Shown: positions 33,746 to 43,233, counted from the first letter of the stretch. The stretch: DNA of 64,000 nt from Methanomassiliicoccales archaeon (GCA_035404085.1 DAONGL010000001.1:135878-199877), one strand, 5' to 3'. Program-made: numbers and translations. The notes: a model not told the origin generated them from the sequence alone.

Positions 33746-34192
33746 CTACTGAACCTCCTCTAATATGACCTCGATGTTGACCGTCTGTTGGTTCCAGGCG
33801 GTGCTGCGGCCATGCGCCCTCGGCATGTAGCCGGGGATGGTCCGTCCAAGGTGGGCGGAGACTATGCGCACGCGCATGTTGTCGGCATCCAGGCCCTTGT
33901 ACTCCGCGTTGCTCTTGGCGCTCTGCAGCACCCTGATGATGGCGGCTGCGGCCTTCTTCGGGAATCTTCCCGGTCCCACACCGGTCTTGTGCGCCACGCC
34001 GAAGTTGTGGCGGCGGATCGGCACCGGGCGGCGCAGTTCCACTACCTCTTCCAGCATTTGGATGGCGACATCGACCTTCTTGCCCCTTATCATGCGGCAG
34101 ATCTCTCTCGAGAACTTGGGTGAGATGGGCAGTTCCTTTGCGATAGCCTTGGACGTGGTGTCCGGATCGGCTTCTGATGTGTATCCTACCAT
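33746..34192 (-). CDS. rpl22: 50S ribosomal protein uL22
   Basis: 'AKELPISPKFSREICRMIRGKKVDVAIQMLE'. Confidence 0.95.
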   Translation of the reverse strand: MVGYTSEADPDTTSKAIAKELPISPKFSREICRMIRGKKVDVAIQMLEEVVELRRPVPIRRHNFGVAHKTGVGPGRFPKKAAAAIIRVLQSAKSNAEYKGLDADNMRVRIVSAHLGRTIPGYMPRAHGRSTAWNQQTVNIEVILEEVQ

Positions 34193-34203
34193 TTTTTTTC
34201 ACC

Positions 34204-34665
34204 TCACTTCAGCGGCATGAACTTGGAGCCCCTGGTCGCACCGACGCCCGGACCGGAGTGCTTTACAGATCCCCTGGTCATGGCGAACTCGCCCAAGAAG
34301 TGCCCGATCATCTCGGGCTTTATCTCCACTTCTTTGAATTCCTTACCGTTATATACGGCCACGCGGCGTCCTACGAAGGACGGCACGATGGGTATGTCAC
34401 GGCGGTGCGTTCGCACCACTTCCTGCTCTCCATCCACGATCTTATCGTAGGTGGTCTTCTGCTCCTCGTTGAGTCCGCGGCGGAACGACCTTCTAACCCT
34501 AGACGGCAGGAGGTCGACCATTTCCTCGAAGGGCATCTCCAGGAGCTGCTCCATGGTGAATCCGCGGTAGGTGAACTCCTTCTTCCTACGGGCGGTCATC
34601 ATGCCCTTCTTCTTCCGCTGCTTCCTCCTCGAGGCCTTGGTACCAGTTAGCTTATCTTCAGCCAT
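34204..34665 (-). CDS. rps19: 30S ribosomal protein uS19
   Basis: 'VAVYNGKEFKEVEIKPEMIGHFLGEFAMTRG'. Confidence 0.95.
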   Translation of the reverse strand: MAEDKLTGTKASRRKQRKKKGMMTARRKKEFTYRGFTMEQLLEMPFEEMVDLLPSRVRRSFRRGLNEEQKTTYDKIVDGEQEVVRTHRRDIPIVPSFVGRRVAVYNGKEFKEVEIKPEMIGHFLGEFAMTRGSVKHSGPGVGATRGSKFMPLK

Positions 34666-34671
34666 CTAGAA

Positions 34672-35370
34672 TCACTTCCTCTTCTTTTGGGGGGAAAGTC
34701 TTCCTACCTTCCTTCCCGGCGGAGCGTTCCTCGAAACCGTGCTGGGCTTACCAACGTGCGGGTGACCTCCACCGCCGTGCGGGTGGTCGACGGCGTTCAT
34801 CGCCACTCCCTTCACCTTGAAGTAGGCCTTGCTCTTGCTGCGGTAGGCGTGGAACTTCTTTCCTGCCTTGGCGAAGGGCTTCTCGGAAGCCCCGCCGCCC
34901 GCTACGATCCCCACGCCGGCGCGGCAGCGGGGGTCGAAGTTCTTGAATGCCCCGGAGGGCAGTTGCACCAGGACGGTGTCGCCCTTGGTGACCACGGTGG
35001 CGTAGTTACCGGCGGTCCTTACGAACTTGCCGCCATCGCCAGGCCTGGCCTCCAGGTTGTAGATCAGGGTACCCTCGGGGATGTTGGCCAGGGGCATGAT
35101 GCTCCCGGGCGTCAGGCTCAGGGGGCCGTCCACTCTGATCTCTTGTCCGACCATCAGCCCTTCGACGGCGATGATCTTTTCCTTCTTACCGTCCTCGAAC
35201 TGGACCTCGGCCACCGGGCTGTTCCGGCCAGGGGCGTGTATTATGTCCGTTACCTTTCCGGTCTTGAGCTCGACGTACGGGTGCTTGATCTCTCCCACGT
35301 GCCTGTGGCTCGGGGAAGTATAGGTCATGGTCCCACGACCTCTTCTCTGTTGTCTCAGTTGTCTGCCCAT
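34672..35370 (-). CDS. rpl2: 50S ribosomal protein uL2
   Basis: 'GVAMNAVDHPHGGGGHPHVGKPSTVSR'. Confidence 0.96.
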   Translation of the reverse strand: MGRQLRQQRRGRGTMTYTSPSHRHVGEIKHPYVELKTGKVTDIIHAPGRNSPVAEVQFEDGKKEKIIAVEGLMVGQEIRVDGPLSLTPGSIMPLANIPEGTLIYNLEARPGDGGKFVRTAGNYATVVTKGDTVLVQLPSGAFKNFDPRCRAGVGIVAGGGASEKPFAKAGKKFHAYRSKSKAYFKVKGVAMNAVDHPHGGGGHPHVGKPSTVSRNAPPGRKVGRLSPQKKRK

Positions 35371-35381
35371 GTTCCCCCTCC

Positions 35382-35660
35382 TCAGAACACTCCGATCCTC
35401 ATGCCGATGTCCTCGGCAGAGTATCCTTCAGCCAATTTGAATATGGCGTGCTTGCCGTCCTTGGATATCTTGGTCCAGACCTTGTCCACCTTGACCTCGA
35501 AGTGCGTCTCGAAGGCGCTCTTGATCTCCGCCTTGCTGGCGAAGCGGTCCACGATGAACTCGATCTTGTTGCCATCCTTGAAATCCTGGGTAGGCGTGCC
35601 GGTCATGTAGTTCATGGTCTTTTCAGTCACGTACGGGTAAAGCAATACCTTCCTGGCCAT
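35382..35660 (-). CDS. rpl23: 50S ribosomal protein uL23
   Basis: 'MARKVLLYPYVTEKTMNYM'. Start is chosen just after the L4 stop. Confidence 0.92.
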   Translation of the reverse strand: MARKVLLYPYVTEKTMNYMTGTPTQDFKDGNKIEFIVDRFASKAEIKSAFETHFEVKVDKVWTKISKDGKHAIFKLAEGYSAEDIGMRIGVF

Positions 35661-35662
35661 GC

Positions 35663-36427
35663 TCACCACTCTCCTATCTTCTTTATGGCGGCCTCAGTGA
35701 ACACCGTCAGCCGGCCGGGCAGTCCGCCGGGGGCTAGGGTTCCAGGGTTCAGCATATCCGCGAAGGCCACCTCGACGCCAGCTAGGTTCCTGGCACCCTT
35801 GATCACCGCGGCGTCTTTGGTCGAGACCACGATGAGCAGGCTGCGGGGCATCCGGTAGGGTCTGCCACGCATCTTGCCGCGTCCCGGCCTGATCCTTATG
35901 CCGTCCTTGGCCCGGATCACATCGTCGGACACACCGATGCTCTTCAGGACGTCCAAAACCTCGGAGGTGCTCTTCACGTCCTCCATGCGGTCCTCTATGA
36001 CCACTGGAAGGGTCAGCCCCTCGTTGAAGCGGTGGCCCCTGGCCCTGACCTTCTCCTCGTCAGCCGTTGCGGCCAGCGCGGAGAACTTGGCAAGGGTCTT
36101 CTCCTTCTGGTTGACCTTCATGGTCCAGACCTTCTCGACCCGGGGCGGGTGGGCGCGGCGACCTCCAACGTTGTTGGGGGACTCGGCACCCTTGGACCCC
36201 GAGGACAGTCTCTGAACGCGGGCCACACCTCGGCCCTTGCCCCAGGTGGACACCGAGTGCCTTATTCCGGCGCCCGGCTTCGGTCCGTAGGGTTGCCTCT
36301 TGTTGGACTCCTCGGCGACCACGGCCCGGTGGATGACGTCTGGCCTGAACTCGGTGGAGAACACCTCGGGCAGAGCCTCGGTCCTCAGGACCTCGCCGTT
36401 CATTGAATATACGTTTACTTTGGACAT
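35663..36427 (-). CDS. rpl4: 50S ribosomal protein uL4
   Basis: 'GAGIRHSVSTWGKGRGVARVQRL...GGRRAHPP'. Confidence 0.95.
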   Translation of the reverse strand: MSKVNVYSMNGEVLRTEALPEVFSTEFRPDVIHRAVVAEESNKRQPYGPKPGAGIRHSVSTWGKGRGVARVQRLSSGSKGAESPNNVGGRRAHPPRVEKVWTMKVNQKEKTLAKFSALAATADEEKVRARGHRFNEGLTLPVVIEDRMEDVKSTSEVLDVLKSIGVSDDVIRAKDGIRIRPGRGKMRGRPYRMPRSLLIVVSTKDAAVIKGARNLAGVEVAFADMLNPGTLAPGGLPGRLTVFTEAAIKKIGEW

Positions 36428-36430
36428 TGC

Positions 36431-37432
36431 TTACGCCCCCTGCTTGGACTCGGTGGAAATGTACACCATCTCCGGCGCTTCCTTCAGGTCTGGCTTTTGC
36501 CTTCTGACCGGGTCCCTCATCCGAATCAGCCTCTTGGTGGGGCCGGGTACGGATCCGTGGACCAGAACGAAGGGGTTCCTAACTTCTCCGTAGTGCAGGA
36601 AACCGCCCTTGGGGTTGATCTCCTGACCGCTCTCTCCTACCTTCAGTATGAGCTTGTTGACCTCGGTCCTCTGGTGGTAACCCATCTGACCGGACTGGGG
36701 CACGGTCGTGCGCACGTAGCCAGGCCGCTTAGGGCCCAGGTTACCGATGGCGCGGCGGTGCTTGGAGTTCTTGTGGGACATGAGCTTCAGGCCCCAGCGC
36801 TTGGTGGCGCCCTGGAAACCCTTTCCCTTGGTTATGGCAACGACATCGATCATCGCGCCAGTGTTGGCGAAGTCGGTGATGGCGATGTCCTTTCCCAAAA
36901 GTCCCTTGGCGAAATCGACCCTGGCATCCATGGTGCCGCCGCCTATGCGCAGCTCCATGAGCTCCGGGCGCTTCTTCGGCACTCCGGTGACCAGCTTCGG
37001 CTGGGTGAAGGCGAGCACCCTAACATCTTCGGTGTCCACTCCATTCAGCTTCTCCCAGACCGCATCGGCGTCGACCTTCTTGGGGATAGGCAGCAGCCTG
37101 GAGAGAGTCTCATCCAGCTGGGTCGCCCAGATCTCCCCTGCGGTCTTGAGCCCGTAGCGGGTGTTCTCGTAGATGCGTACCGCGGCCACCTTCATGGGAG
37201 GAACCTCCAGAACGGTGACGGGCACCCTGATCTCCTGACCGGAGGTGGTGCTGGTCTTGCGGCGGTCCACGATGAACGCGTGGGTCATTCCTGCCTTGTA
37301 ACCGGCAAATCCCTGGACCTTCGGGCCTTCGCTGATATCGGGCCACGAATCCAGCCTTGGGGTCTGGGTGATGGCCCTCTTCCTAGGACCGAATCCCTTT
37401 GACCCCCTTCTCGGACGTCTTATGTTCGACAT
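36431..37432 (-). CDS. rpl3: 50S ribosomal protein uL3
   Basis: 'MSNIRRPRRGSKGFGPRKRA...FAGYKAGMTH'. An SD-like 'GAGGGAG' lies 5 nt upstream of the ATG. The track ORF extends to 37465. Confidence 0.95.
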   Translation of the reverse strand: MSNIRRPRRGSKGFGPRKRAITQTPRLDSWPDISEGPKVQGFAGYKAGMTHAFIVDRRKTSTTSGQEIRVPVTVLEVPPMKVAAVRIYENTRYGLKTAGEIWATQLDETLSRLLPIPKKVDADAVWEKLNGVDTEDVRVLAFTQPKLVTGVPKKRPELMELRIGGGTMDARVDFAKGLLGKDIAITDFANTGAMIDVVAITKGKGFQGATKRWGLKLMSHKNSKHRRAIGNLGPKRPGYVRTTVPQSGQMGYHQRTEVNKLILKVGESGQEINPKGGFLHYGEVRNPFVLVHGSVPGPTKRLIRMRDPVRRQKPDLKEAPEMVYISTESKQGA

Positions 37433-37640
37433 GCTTCTCCCTCTATTTTTCCTGAGAGAGCACACTCTCTTTCGCTAACGCCTGTTCTCAAGAGTGTTGA
37501 GGCTAGCACCTTCGACCGTGACACCGTCATCACCCTCCAGAATGTGCTTTTGGGGGCGACTTAGGGATGCTTTCGCATTGCCCAAGGGGTCTGGTCGAAC
37601 GTCCTCAGTGCGTTGAGCAGAAGTCCGATACTATCATTCT
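37433..37640 (-). promoter_or_regulatory. Putative long structured 5' leader of the L3 ribosomal-protein operon
   Basis: About 200 nt with no credible ORF lies between TATA-like boxes and the L3 ATG. It contains a GNRA hairpin (RNA GGGCAAUGC-GAAA-GCAUCCC, 37564-37583) and the mutually exclusive stems AGAGAG-UGUG-CUCUCU (37455-37470) versus ACACUCU/AGAGUGU (37461-37498). Confidence 0.35.
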
Positions 37641-37672
37641 TATTTAAACCAATCGGTCCACCGTATATAAAG
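37641..37672 (-). promoter_or_regulatory. Two tandem TATA-like boxes (TTTATATA and TTTAAATA on the minus strand)
   Basis: The reverse complements of 37664-37671 and 37641-37648 match the archaeal TTTAWATA consensus. They lie just downstream of the preceding gene's stop and upstream of the L3 operon. Confidence 0.4.
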
Positions 37673-37704
37673 AGTCATGGGGAAAAGGGGTTTGCTGGAT
37701 GCGC

Positions 37705-38025
37705 TCAGAGCTTGCCTTCCTTGGCCTTCTTCTGCAAGCGGTTGCGGCGCTCCTTGGATGAGAAGCCGGTGGCCTTCTCAAGGAACTCGTTCCACTTCTT
37801 GATGGTGTCCGCGGCGAGGTCCGGGGAAGCGTTCTTGTCGCTGGTGGCGCTGATGTCCATGGAGGTCTTGCTGACGATGCGCACCTCGATCCTGGTCATG
37901 GCACCATAGGAGGAGATCAGAACGTCCCCCTCCACCTTGACCGACCCAAAGGAGGCTTCCATGATCTTCTTCAGTCCGTCCCCTTCCAATTTCCCGTAGT
38001 TACCCTTCTTGATATCGTAATCCAT
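37705..38025 (-). CDS. Small conserved-looking hypothetical protein (106 aa) with basic C-terminal tail
   Basis: Clean ORF with coding-like codon bias, a predicted mixed alpha/beta body and a 'SSKERRNRLQKKAKEGKL' tail. I do not confidently recognise the family. Confidence 0.55.
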   Translation of the reverse strand: MDYDIKKGNYGKLEGDGLKKIMEASFGSVKVEGDVLISSYGAMTRIEVRIVSKTSMDISATSDKNASPDLAADTIKKWNEFLEKATGFSSKERRNRLQKKAKEGKL

Positions 38026-38035
38026 GTGAATCCCT

Positions 38036-39022
38036 CTAAAGTCTCAGATCATCATCCAGGTATCGGTGCACATCGACCGAGGTGCGCATCGCGTCCTCCG
38101 TGCGGAGGAGGGACGCCCACTCCCGGCGGCACTGACAATCGTGTTTATCCAATAATGAAGCGTCCTGCTCGAAGTTGAACTTTTCCAATACGTCCAGCAA
38201 GCGTCGGTCGCATTCGGGGCAGTTGTGCACGCCGCGCGGCGTCCCTGGTCCGCTGGGGGAGGAGAACAGCCTTACGCCCGATATCTCCGACCTCAGTTTC
38301 AGGACCTCGAACAGGGACCAGATCCACGGCGGCCGGTAATCGCCGCGCTTCCACAGTCCTTCCACCGCGGTCTCCTTCTGAACGTTGAGCGGATTGACCG
38401 AAATGCTCTCGGAACGAGCGGCGGCAAAGTGAACGGACGCCTTGGTATCCTCGATGGCCGCCCTCTCTGTCAGGTACGGGGGCTTGAGCAACAGGTATGT
38501 CCGCACCGGAAGTCCCCGGTCGTTGAGAGCGTCGGCCGCTCTAACGTAATCCTTCACCCCGAACCCCTTGCGCACGGAACACCGCAACACCGTATCATTG
38601 GCGCTTTCCAGTCCCAAGGCCACCGCGGAATGGTCCGGCAAATCCTTGAGCACCTCGGGGGTCACGAACTCCGGGCGGCTCTCGAAGAGCACCCTGCGCG
38701 CCCCATCGAACGCGTTCAGTATGCGGTCCCGAACCACCAGAGGTATCTCGTTGGGGTCCAGGAAGCTCCCGGAAGTATACAGCTTGACCATCCCCTCGCC
38801 CTCGTACCTTTCGAGGATGGCGCTTAGCTGGGCGGAGATCTCCTCAGGTCCGATGCCCTCCAGGCTTTCAACGTTATATCCGCACATGGAGCACCCGCCC
38901 GTGCGTGACCAGTGGCAGCCGCGGGTGCGGAAGATGGCCACCAGTGCCTTCTCCTTCCTCCCGTCGACCACATCCTCCTCTTTCCAGACCGTGACCGGTC
39001 TGTTCAGGTCCATGCTCTTCAT
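38036..39022 (-). CDS. Radical-SAM-like enzyme (archaeal TIGR01210/RaSEA-like type)
   Basis: 'RTRGCHWSRTGGCSMCGY' is a C-x7-C-x2-C cluster motif. A TIM-barrel-like body follows ('LYTSGSFLD', 'FESRPEF', 'LGLESAND'). Family assignment is from memory of archaeosine-associated radical SAM proteins. Confidence 0.55.
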   Translation of the reverse strand: MKSMDLNRPVTVWKEEDVVDGRKEKALVAIFRTRGCHWSRTGGCSMCGYNVESLEGIGPEEISAQLSAILERYEGEGMVKLYTSGSFLDPNEIPLVVRDRILNAFDGARRVLFESRPEFVTPEVLKDLPDHSAVALGLESANDTVLRCSVRKGFGVKDYVRAADALNDRGLPVRTYLLLKPPYLTERAAIEDTKASVHFAAARSESISVNPLNVQKETAVEGLWKRGDYRPPWIWSLFEVLKLRSEISGVRLFSSPSGPGTPRGVHNCPECDRRLLDVLEKFNFEQDASLLDKHDCQCRREWASLLRTEDAMRTSVDVHRYLDDDLRL

Positions 39023-39133
39023 GATTGCTCCATGCGAATGAAGGTCAAATCGCCCCTAACTATTTGAGCGCTCCGACGGACGATACCAACATTTTATATC
39101 CTCACTTCAGGATTTGCGGCCTGGAGAAGCATC

Positions 39134-40486
39134 ATGGCCAGGAAGATAGTGGTTATCGGGGGAGGGGCGGCCGGCATGACCGCGGCCTCCACCGCCAGGG
39201 AGAACGGGGCTGGGGACATCACCCTCATCACCGAGGACGAACACGTGGCGTACTCGCCCTGTGCCATACCGTTCGTCGTGGAAGGCACGATAAAGGACTT
39301 CCCGAGCATTGTGATGCACACTCCCGAGTACTATCGGCGAGAGAGGGGCATCGAGGTTCTGGTAAAGACCACCGTGGACCGCGTGGACGCCGAGGCCAAG
39401 AAGGTGATCACCAAGGACGGCCGCTCCTTCGATTACGATTCTCTGGTGATAGCCACCGGCGGAACGGTGTTCGTGCCGTCCATCGAGGGACGCGAGCTGC
39501 ACGGCGTTTTCCCGGTCAGATGGATATCGGACGGGCAGGCTATAGTGGACTGGCTTCCGAGCACCACGCAGGTCGTCGTCGCCGGAGCCGGGGTTATCGG
39601 GTTGGAGATGGCCGTAGCCCTGCGGGAAAGAGGCAAGGATGTTTCGGTAATAGAGATGTTCGACCAGGTGGTCCCCCGCATCATGGACAAGGACATGGCG
39701 CAGCTGGTCCAAGCGCACTGCGAGGCGCAGGGCATCAAGTTCGTTCTCGGTTCGCCATGCTCGTGCATCGAGGGCGATGAGAAGGTCACCGGGGTCACCG
39801 CCGGCAAGACGCACATCCCCTGTCAGATGGTCATCATGGCCACCGGTGTGCGAGCGAACCTGCGCATACCCGAGCAGTTGGGGTTGGAGATCGGTCCCCT
39901 GGGCGCGGTGAGGGTAAGTCCAAGCCTGCAGCCCTACCGCAAGGGGCGCCTGGTGCCAGATATCTATCTGGCGGGTGACGTGGTCATGTGTCAGAGCGCG
40001 GTTCTAGCTGGACCGACCATGAGCCAGCTGGGTTCCACCGCCGTCCGTCAGGGGCGGGTGGCCGGAATTCGGGCCACCGGCGGCAATGCCACCTTCCCGG
40101 GGACCGCCAGTCCATATGTCAGTGTCATCGGGGGCTTGCAGGTCGGCGGAACCGGGATGTCCCGTTCGCTGGCCGAGTACTACGGGGTGAGGGTGGTAGA
40201 GTCCATGGCGAAAGGCTCGTCCCGGGCCCGGTACTATCCGGGCGGGAAGGACATGACCGTCAAGCTACTGGCGGACGCCGAGAGCGGACGTCTCATCGGC
40301 GGCCAGATCGTGGGCGGGGAGGATGTCACCGGACGGGTGAACTGGATCACCGCCGCCATACTGGAAGGTGTGACGGTCGCCTCGTTCGTGGAGAGGATGG
40401 AGAACGCCTACTGCCCCCCCACCTCCATGGTCAGCGACACGGTGAACGTGGCTGCGGAGAAGCTGGCCAGGACGCTTCGCGGCTGA
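39134..40486 (+). CDS. FAD-dependent pyridine nucleotide-disulfide oxidoreductase (NADH oxidase / CoA-disulfide reductase type)
   Basis: 'KIVVIGGGAAGMTAAS' FAD fold, single redox Cys in 'AYSPCAIPFVVEG', and a second dinucleotide fold 'VVVAGAGVIGLEMA'. Confidence 0.85.
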   Translation: MARKIVVIGGGAAGMTAASTARENGAGDITLITEDEHVAYSPCAIPFVVEGTIKDFPSIVMHTPEYYRRERGIEVLVKTTVDRVDAEAKKVITKDGRSFDYDSLVIATGGTVFVPSIEGRELHGVFPVRWISDGQAIVDWLPSTTQVVVAGAGVIGLEMAVALRERGKDVSVIEMFDQVVPRIMDKDMAQLVQAHCEAQGIKFVLGSPCSCIEGDEKVTGVTAGKTHIPCQMVIMATGVRANLRIPEQLGLEIGPLGAVRVSPSLQPYRKGRLVPDIYLAGDVVMCQSAVLAGPTMSQLGSTAVRQGRVAGIRATGGNATFPGTASPYVSVIGGLQVGGTGMSRSLAEYYGVRVVESMAKGSSRARYYPGGKDMTVKLLADAESGRLIGGQIVGGEDVTGRVNWITAAILEGVTVASFVERMENAYCPPTSMVSDTVNVAAEKLARTLRG

Positions 40487-40532
40487 AGGCCAATCTGTTT
40501 AATATTCCGTTCCACATTCGACACCGGTTAAC

Positions 40533-41591
40533 ATGGACGTCGAGGAGCGGTACGCATTAGTGGCCCGGAACACCGAGGAGATCATCACCCCGGAGGACCT
40601 GATGGAGGTCCTGCGGAACAAGGACTCCCCCACTGGTTATATCGGCTTCGAGCCCTCCGGGCTGGTCCACATAGGTTGGATGGTCACCGCTCAGAAGGTA
40701 AAGGACTTCGTGGACGCCGGATTCACCTTCATTGTCTTCCTGGCCGACTGGCACGCCTATATCAACGACAAGCTGGGCGGGAACATCGACAACATTCGGA
40801 TATGCGCCGAGTACATGAAGGACTGCTTCGAGGCGCTAGGTCTGCCGAGGGAGAAGGTGGAGTACCGTCTGGCCTCGGAGATAATGGACGATATCGATTA
40901 TTGGGAGACGGTCATGAAGGTAGGAAAGGCCTCATCCCTGCAGAGGGTGAAGCGAGCCATGACCATCATGGGCCGCAACGAGGACGAGGCCGAGGTGGAC
41001 TCCAGCAAGACCATGTATCCCTTGATGCAGGCGGCCGACCTGATATTCATGGACGTGGATGTGGCCTACGCCGGTCTCGACCAACGAAGGGCGCACATGC
41101 TGGCCAGAGAGGCCGCGGAGAAGATGGGGGTCAAGAAGGCGGTGGCCGTGCACACTCCTTTACTCCCCGGTCTCAAGGGCGGCAACCGCATGGACCCCGT
41201 GAGCTCGAAAATGTCCAAGAGCGATCCCGAGGGCAGCCTGCTCATTCACGATTCCATCGAGGATATCAAGCGCAAGATGGGCAAGGCCTTCTGCCCCCCG
41301 GAGGCGGAGGGCAACCCGGTACTGGCGATATGCAAGTACGTCATATTCCAGAGGACCTCCGTCATGCGCTTCGAGCGGCCGGAGAAGTTCGGTGGCGATC
41401 TGGAGTTCAAGAGCTATGATGAGCTGGAGCTCACTTACTTGGCTGGGAAGCTGCACCCCATGGACCTGAAGAACGGGACCGCCGCCGCTCTCGCCGATAT
41501 ATTGGCGCCGACCAGGGAGTACTTCGTGAGGAAGCCGGAGAACCTGGAACGGATAAGGCAGGTTCTGTCAGAGGTAAAGAAGCTGCGCTGA
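40533..41591 (+). CDS. tyrS: Tyrosine--tRNA ligase (archaeal type)
   Basis: 'GYIGFEPSGLVHIGW' (HIGH region), 'KMSKSDPEGS' (KMSKS), and 'RPEKFGGDLEFKSYDELE...LHPMDLKN', collinear with archaeal TyrRS as I remember it. Confidence 0.92.
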   Translation: MDVEERYALVARNTEEIITPEDLMEVLRNKDSPTGYIGFEPSGLVHIGWMVTAQKVKDFVDAGFTFIVFLADWHAYINDKLGGNIDNIRICAEYMKDCFEALGLPREKVEYRLASEIMDDIDYWETVMKVGKASSLQRVKRAMTIMGRNEDEAEVDSSKTMYPLMQAADLIFMDVDVAYAGLDQRRAHMLAREAAEKMGVKKAVAVHTPLLPGLKGGNRMDPVSSKMSKSDPEGSLLIHDSIEDIKRKMGKAFCPPEAEGNPVLAICKYVIFQRTSVMRFERPEKFGGDLEFKSYDELELTYLAGKLHPMDLKNGTAAALADILAPTREYFVRKPENLERIRQVLSEVKKLR

Positions 41592-41593
41592 CC

Positions 41594-42571
41594 TCATTTC
41601 AGCTTTCGCAGGAAGGCCATCGACTTCTGCAGGCATATGTTCAGTATGGCCTCCGCGTCGCCGATGCCGACCAGGCCGGCCGCTCCGCCGTGGCCGCCAC
41701 CATCATTGTCCGTTTCGTTCCCGACGTCACCGAGAAGCTGTCCAAGATGCAGGCCCTTGCGCACCAGGTCCTGCCGGGCCCGGGCGCTCAAACGGAACTC
41801 CTGGTCCCGCTGCGAGGCTACGAACGCGATGTCCGCGCCGAGCGAGAGCATCGATTTGCACACCGACGATTCGAAGGAGCTGCCTTGGGATATCGCGACT
41901 ATGTAACCGCCGACCCGTTCGAAGCGCATGCGCTGTCCTCCCTTCATCTGGGCCACCCTCTCCGATATGTCGGTCGGCGAGTCGGTCAGGGAAAGCACGT
42001 CCTCCATGTTGACCCCGGCCGCCTCTATCAGACGGGCGAAGGTCCGCAAGGAATCTGGATTTGCGAAGCGAAAGTGCCCGGTGTCGGTCAGGATCCCGGC
42101 GCACAGCCCCAGGGTCATCTCCTTGCTGAGCGGTCTCCCGGCCCGATCTATAATGTCAAGAACGACCTCCGCGCAGCTGCGTTTGCTCTCATCGCACAGA
42201 TACGTTCCGCGTTCCGCCCACTTGTTCGTCGGGCAGTGGTGGTCTATGATGATCATCTCGCCCTGCATTTGGCTGTAACTTCCCAGCTGCTCAGGGGAGG
42301 AGGTGTCCACCACCACTATCAGAGGGTAGCTGCGTTCCGGCCGGGTGAGAAGTTCCATGCCCAGGCGGGCCGAGACGTTCTTGGAGGTGCGGTCCAGCCC
42401 CTCCACGGGAAGTATGTCCGCCGGCGGAAAGGCCTTGGCCAATGCGTAAGCGCTGCCTAGGGCGTCCGGGTCAGCATTGCCGTGAACCAGGATGATCTTG
42501 TCCGAGGAGGACAGCCTGGATATGATGTCGTCGAGCATCCAAGGACGCCAATGTTTCCTGGCTATATGCAA
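41594..42571 (-). CDS. DHH/DHHA1 family phosphoesterase (NrnA-like)
   Basis: 'ILVHGNADPDALGSAYAL', 'IVVVDTSS', 'MIIIDHHCP', and 'GGGHGGAAG' (DHHA1). Confidence 0.8.
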   Translation of the reverse strand: MHIARKHWRPWMLDDIISRLSSSDKIILVHGNADPDALGSAYALAKAFPPADILPVEGLDRTSKNVSARLGMELLTRPERSYPLIVVVDTSSPEQLGSYSQMQGEMIIIDHHCPTNKWAERGTYLCDESKRSCAEVVLDIIDRAGRPLSKEMTLGLCAGILTDTGHFRFANPDSLRTFARLIEAAGVNMEDVLSLTDSPTDISERVAQMKGGQRMRFERVGGYIVAISQGSSFESSVCKSMLSLGADIAFVASQRDQEFRLSARARQDLVRKGLHLGQLLGDVGNETDNDGGGHGGAAGLVGIGDAEAILNICLQKSMAFLRKLK

Positions 42572-42609
42572 TTTATCTTAGAGAAAGGGAAGTGGTTTGA
42601 TGATCGGGA

Positions 42610-42987
42610 TCAGTTATCGTCCTCGTCCATCTTGAGCGGGGCGCCCTGCTGCTGAGCGCCGAGCGCACGGTTCAACTGCTCCTGAACGCTCTGGAACTTC
42701 TCCTTGAGCATCTTCTCCTGGCGGTCCAGGCTCTTGACGCGGATCTCGGTGGTCTCCTTGTCGTCCTCTATCTCCTTCAGTAGGGCGGGGGTGTCTGCCA
42801 CCTTGATCATCAGGGAGCCGACGCTCTTGAACACCGTCGTCTCCGCCGGGACCTTCTTCAGCTCCTCCAAGGTCATCTCCATCTCTTTCAGCATGGCGTC
42901 CATCCTAATCTTCTGGTTCATGACCGTCTGAAGCTGCTGCTGGAGCTGCTGGAACTGGGCGATCTGATTTTGAAGTTTTGGGCTCAT
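42610..42987 (-). CDS. pfdB: Prefoldin beta subunit
   Basis: 'MSPKLQNQIAQFQQLQQQLQTVMNQK' coiled coil. Start is chosen 1 nt after the pcc1 stop; the track ORF extends to 43017. Confidence 0.88.
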   Translation of the reverse strand: MSPKLQNQIAQFQQLQQQLQTVMNQKIRMDAMLKEMEMTLEELKKVPAETTVFKSVGSLMIKVADTPALLKEIEDDKETTEIRVKSLDRQEKMLKEKFQSVQEQLNRALGAQQQGAPLKMDEDDN

Positions 42988-42988
42988 C

Positions 42989-43231
42989 TCATCCATCGTT
43001 TTCACCGACCGTTTCACTCATCTTCTCTGCTATGCTCATCCATCGGATGTAGGAATTTAAAGCTGCCCTGAGGGCCGACAGGTCGTCGGCGTCCAAGGTC
43101 AGGGTCATGGACCCTTCGGACGCGGAGACTGCGGCCCTGGTGCGTGGTATCTCTCTTCCGGCCTCCGGGCTGATCGCCCTCGCCACGTTAGAGGCGAAGG
43201 GAGAGCTCACCGCCAGGGTGGCCCGGAACAT
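42989..43231 (-). CDS. pcc1: KEOPS complex subunit Pcc1
   Basis: 80 aa, 'MFRATLAVSSPF...LSALRAALNSYIRWMSIAEKM', in the conserved slot between rpoP and pfdB. The track ORF extension overlaps rpoP and L37ae. Confidence 0.75.
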   Translation of the reverse strand: MFRATLAVSSPFASNVARAISPEAGREIPRTRAAVSASEGSMTLTLDADDLSALRAALNSYIRWMSIAEKMSETVGENDG

Positions 43232-43233
43232 AT

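Noticed and set aside
34687-37402. Long plus-strand ORFs (307 aa at 34687-35610 and 301 aa at 36497-37402) inside the ribosomal protein operon
   Set aside because: They are antisense to uL2/uL23 and uL3, show shadow-ORF composition, and the ribosomal protein frames are unambiguous.
37527-37533. C-box-like GUGAUGA in the L3 leader (minus-strand RNA), suggesting a C/D box sRNA
   Set aside because: No CUGA D box lies at the expected 40-60 nt downstream, and there is no C'/D' pair. The only CUGA lies upstream of the C-like box.
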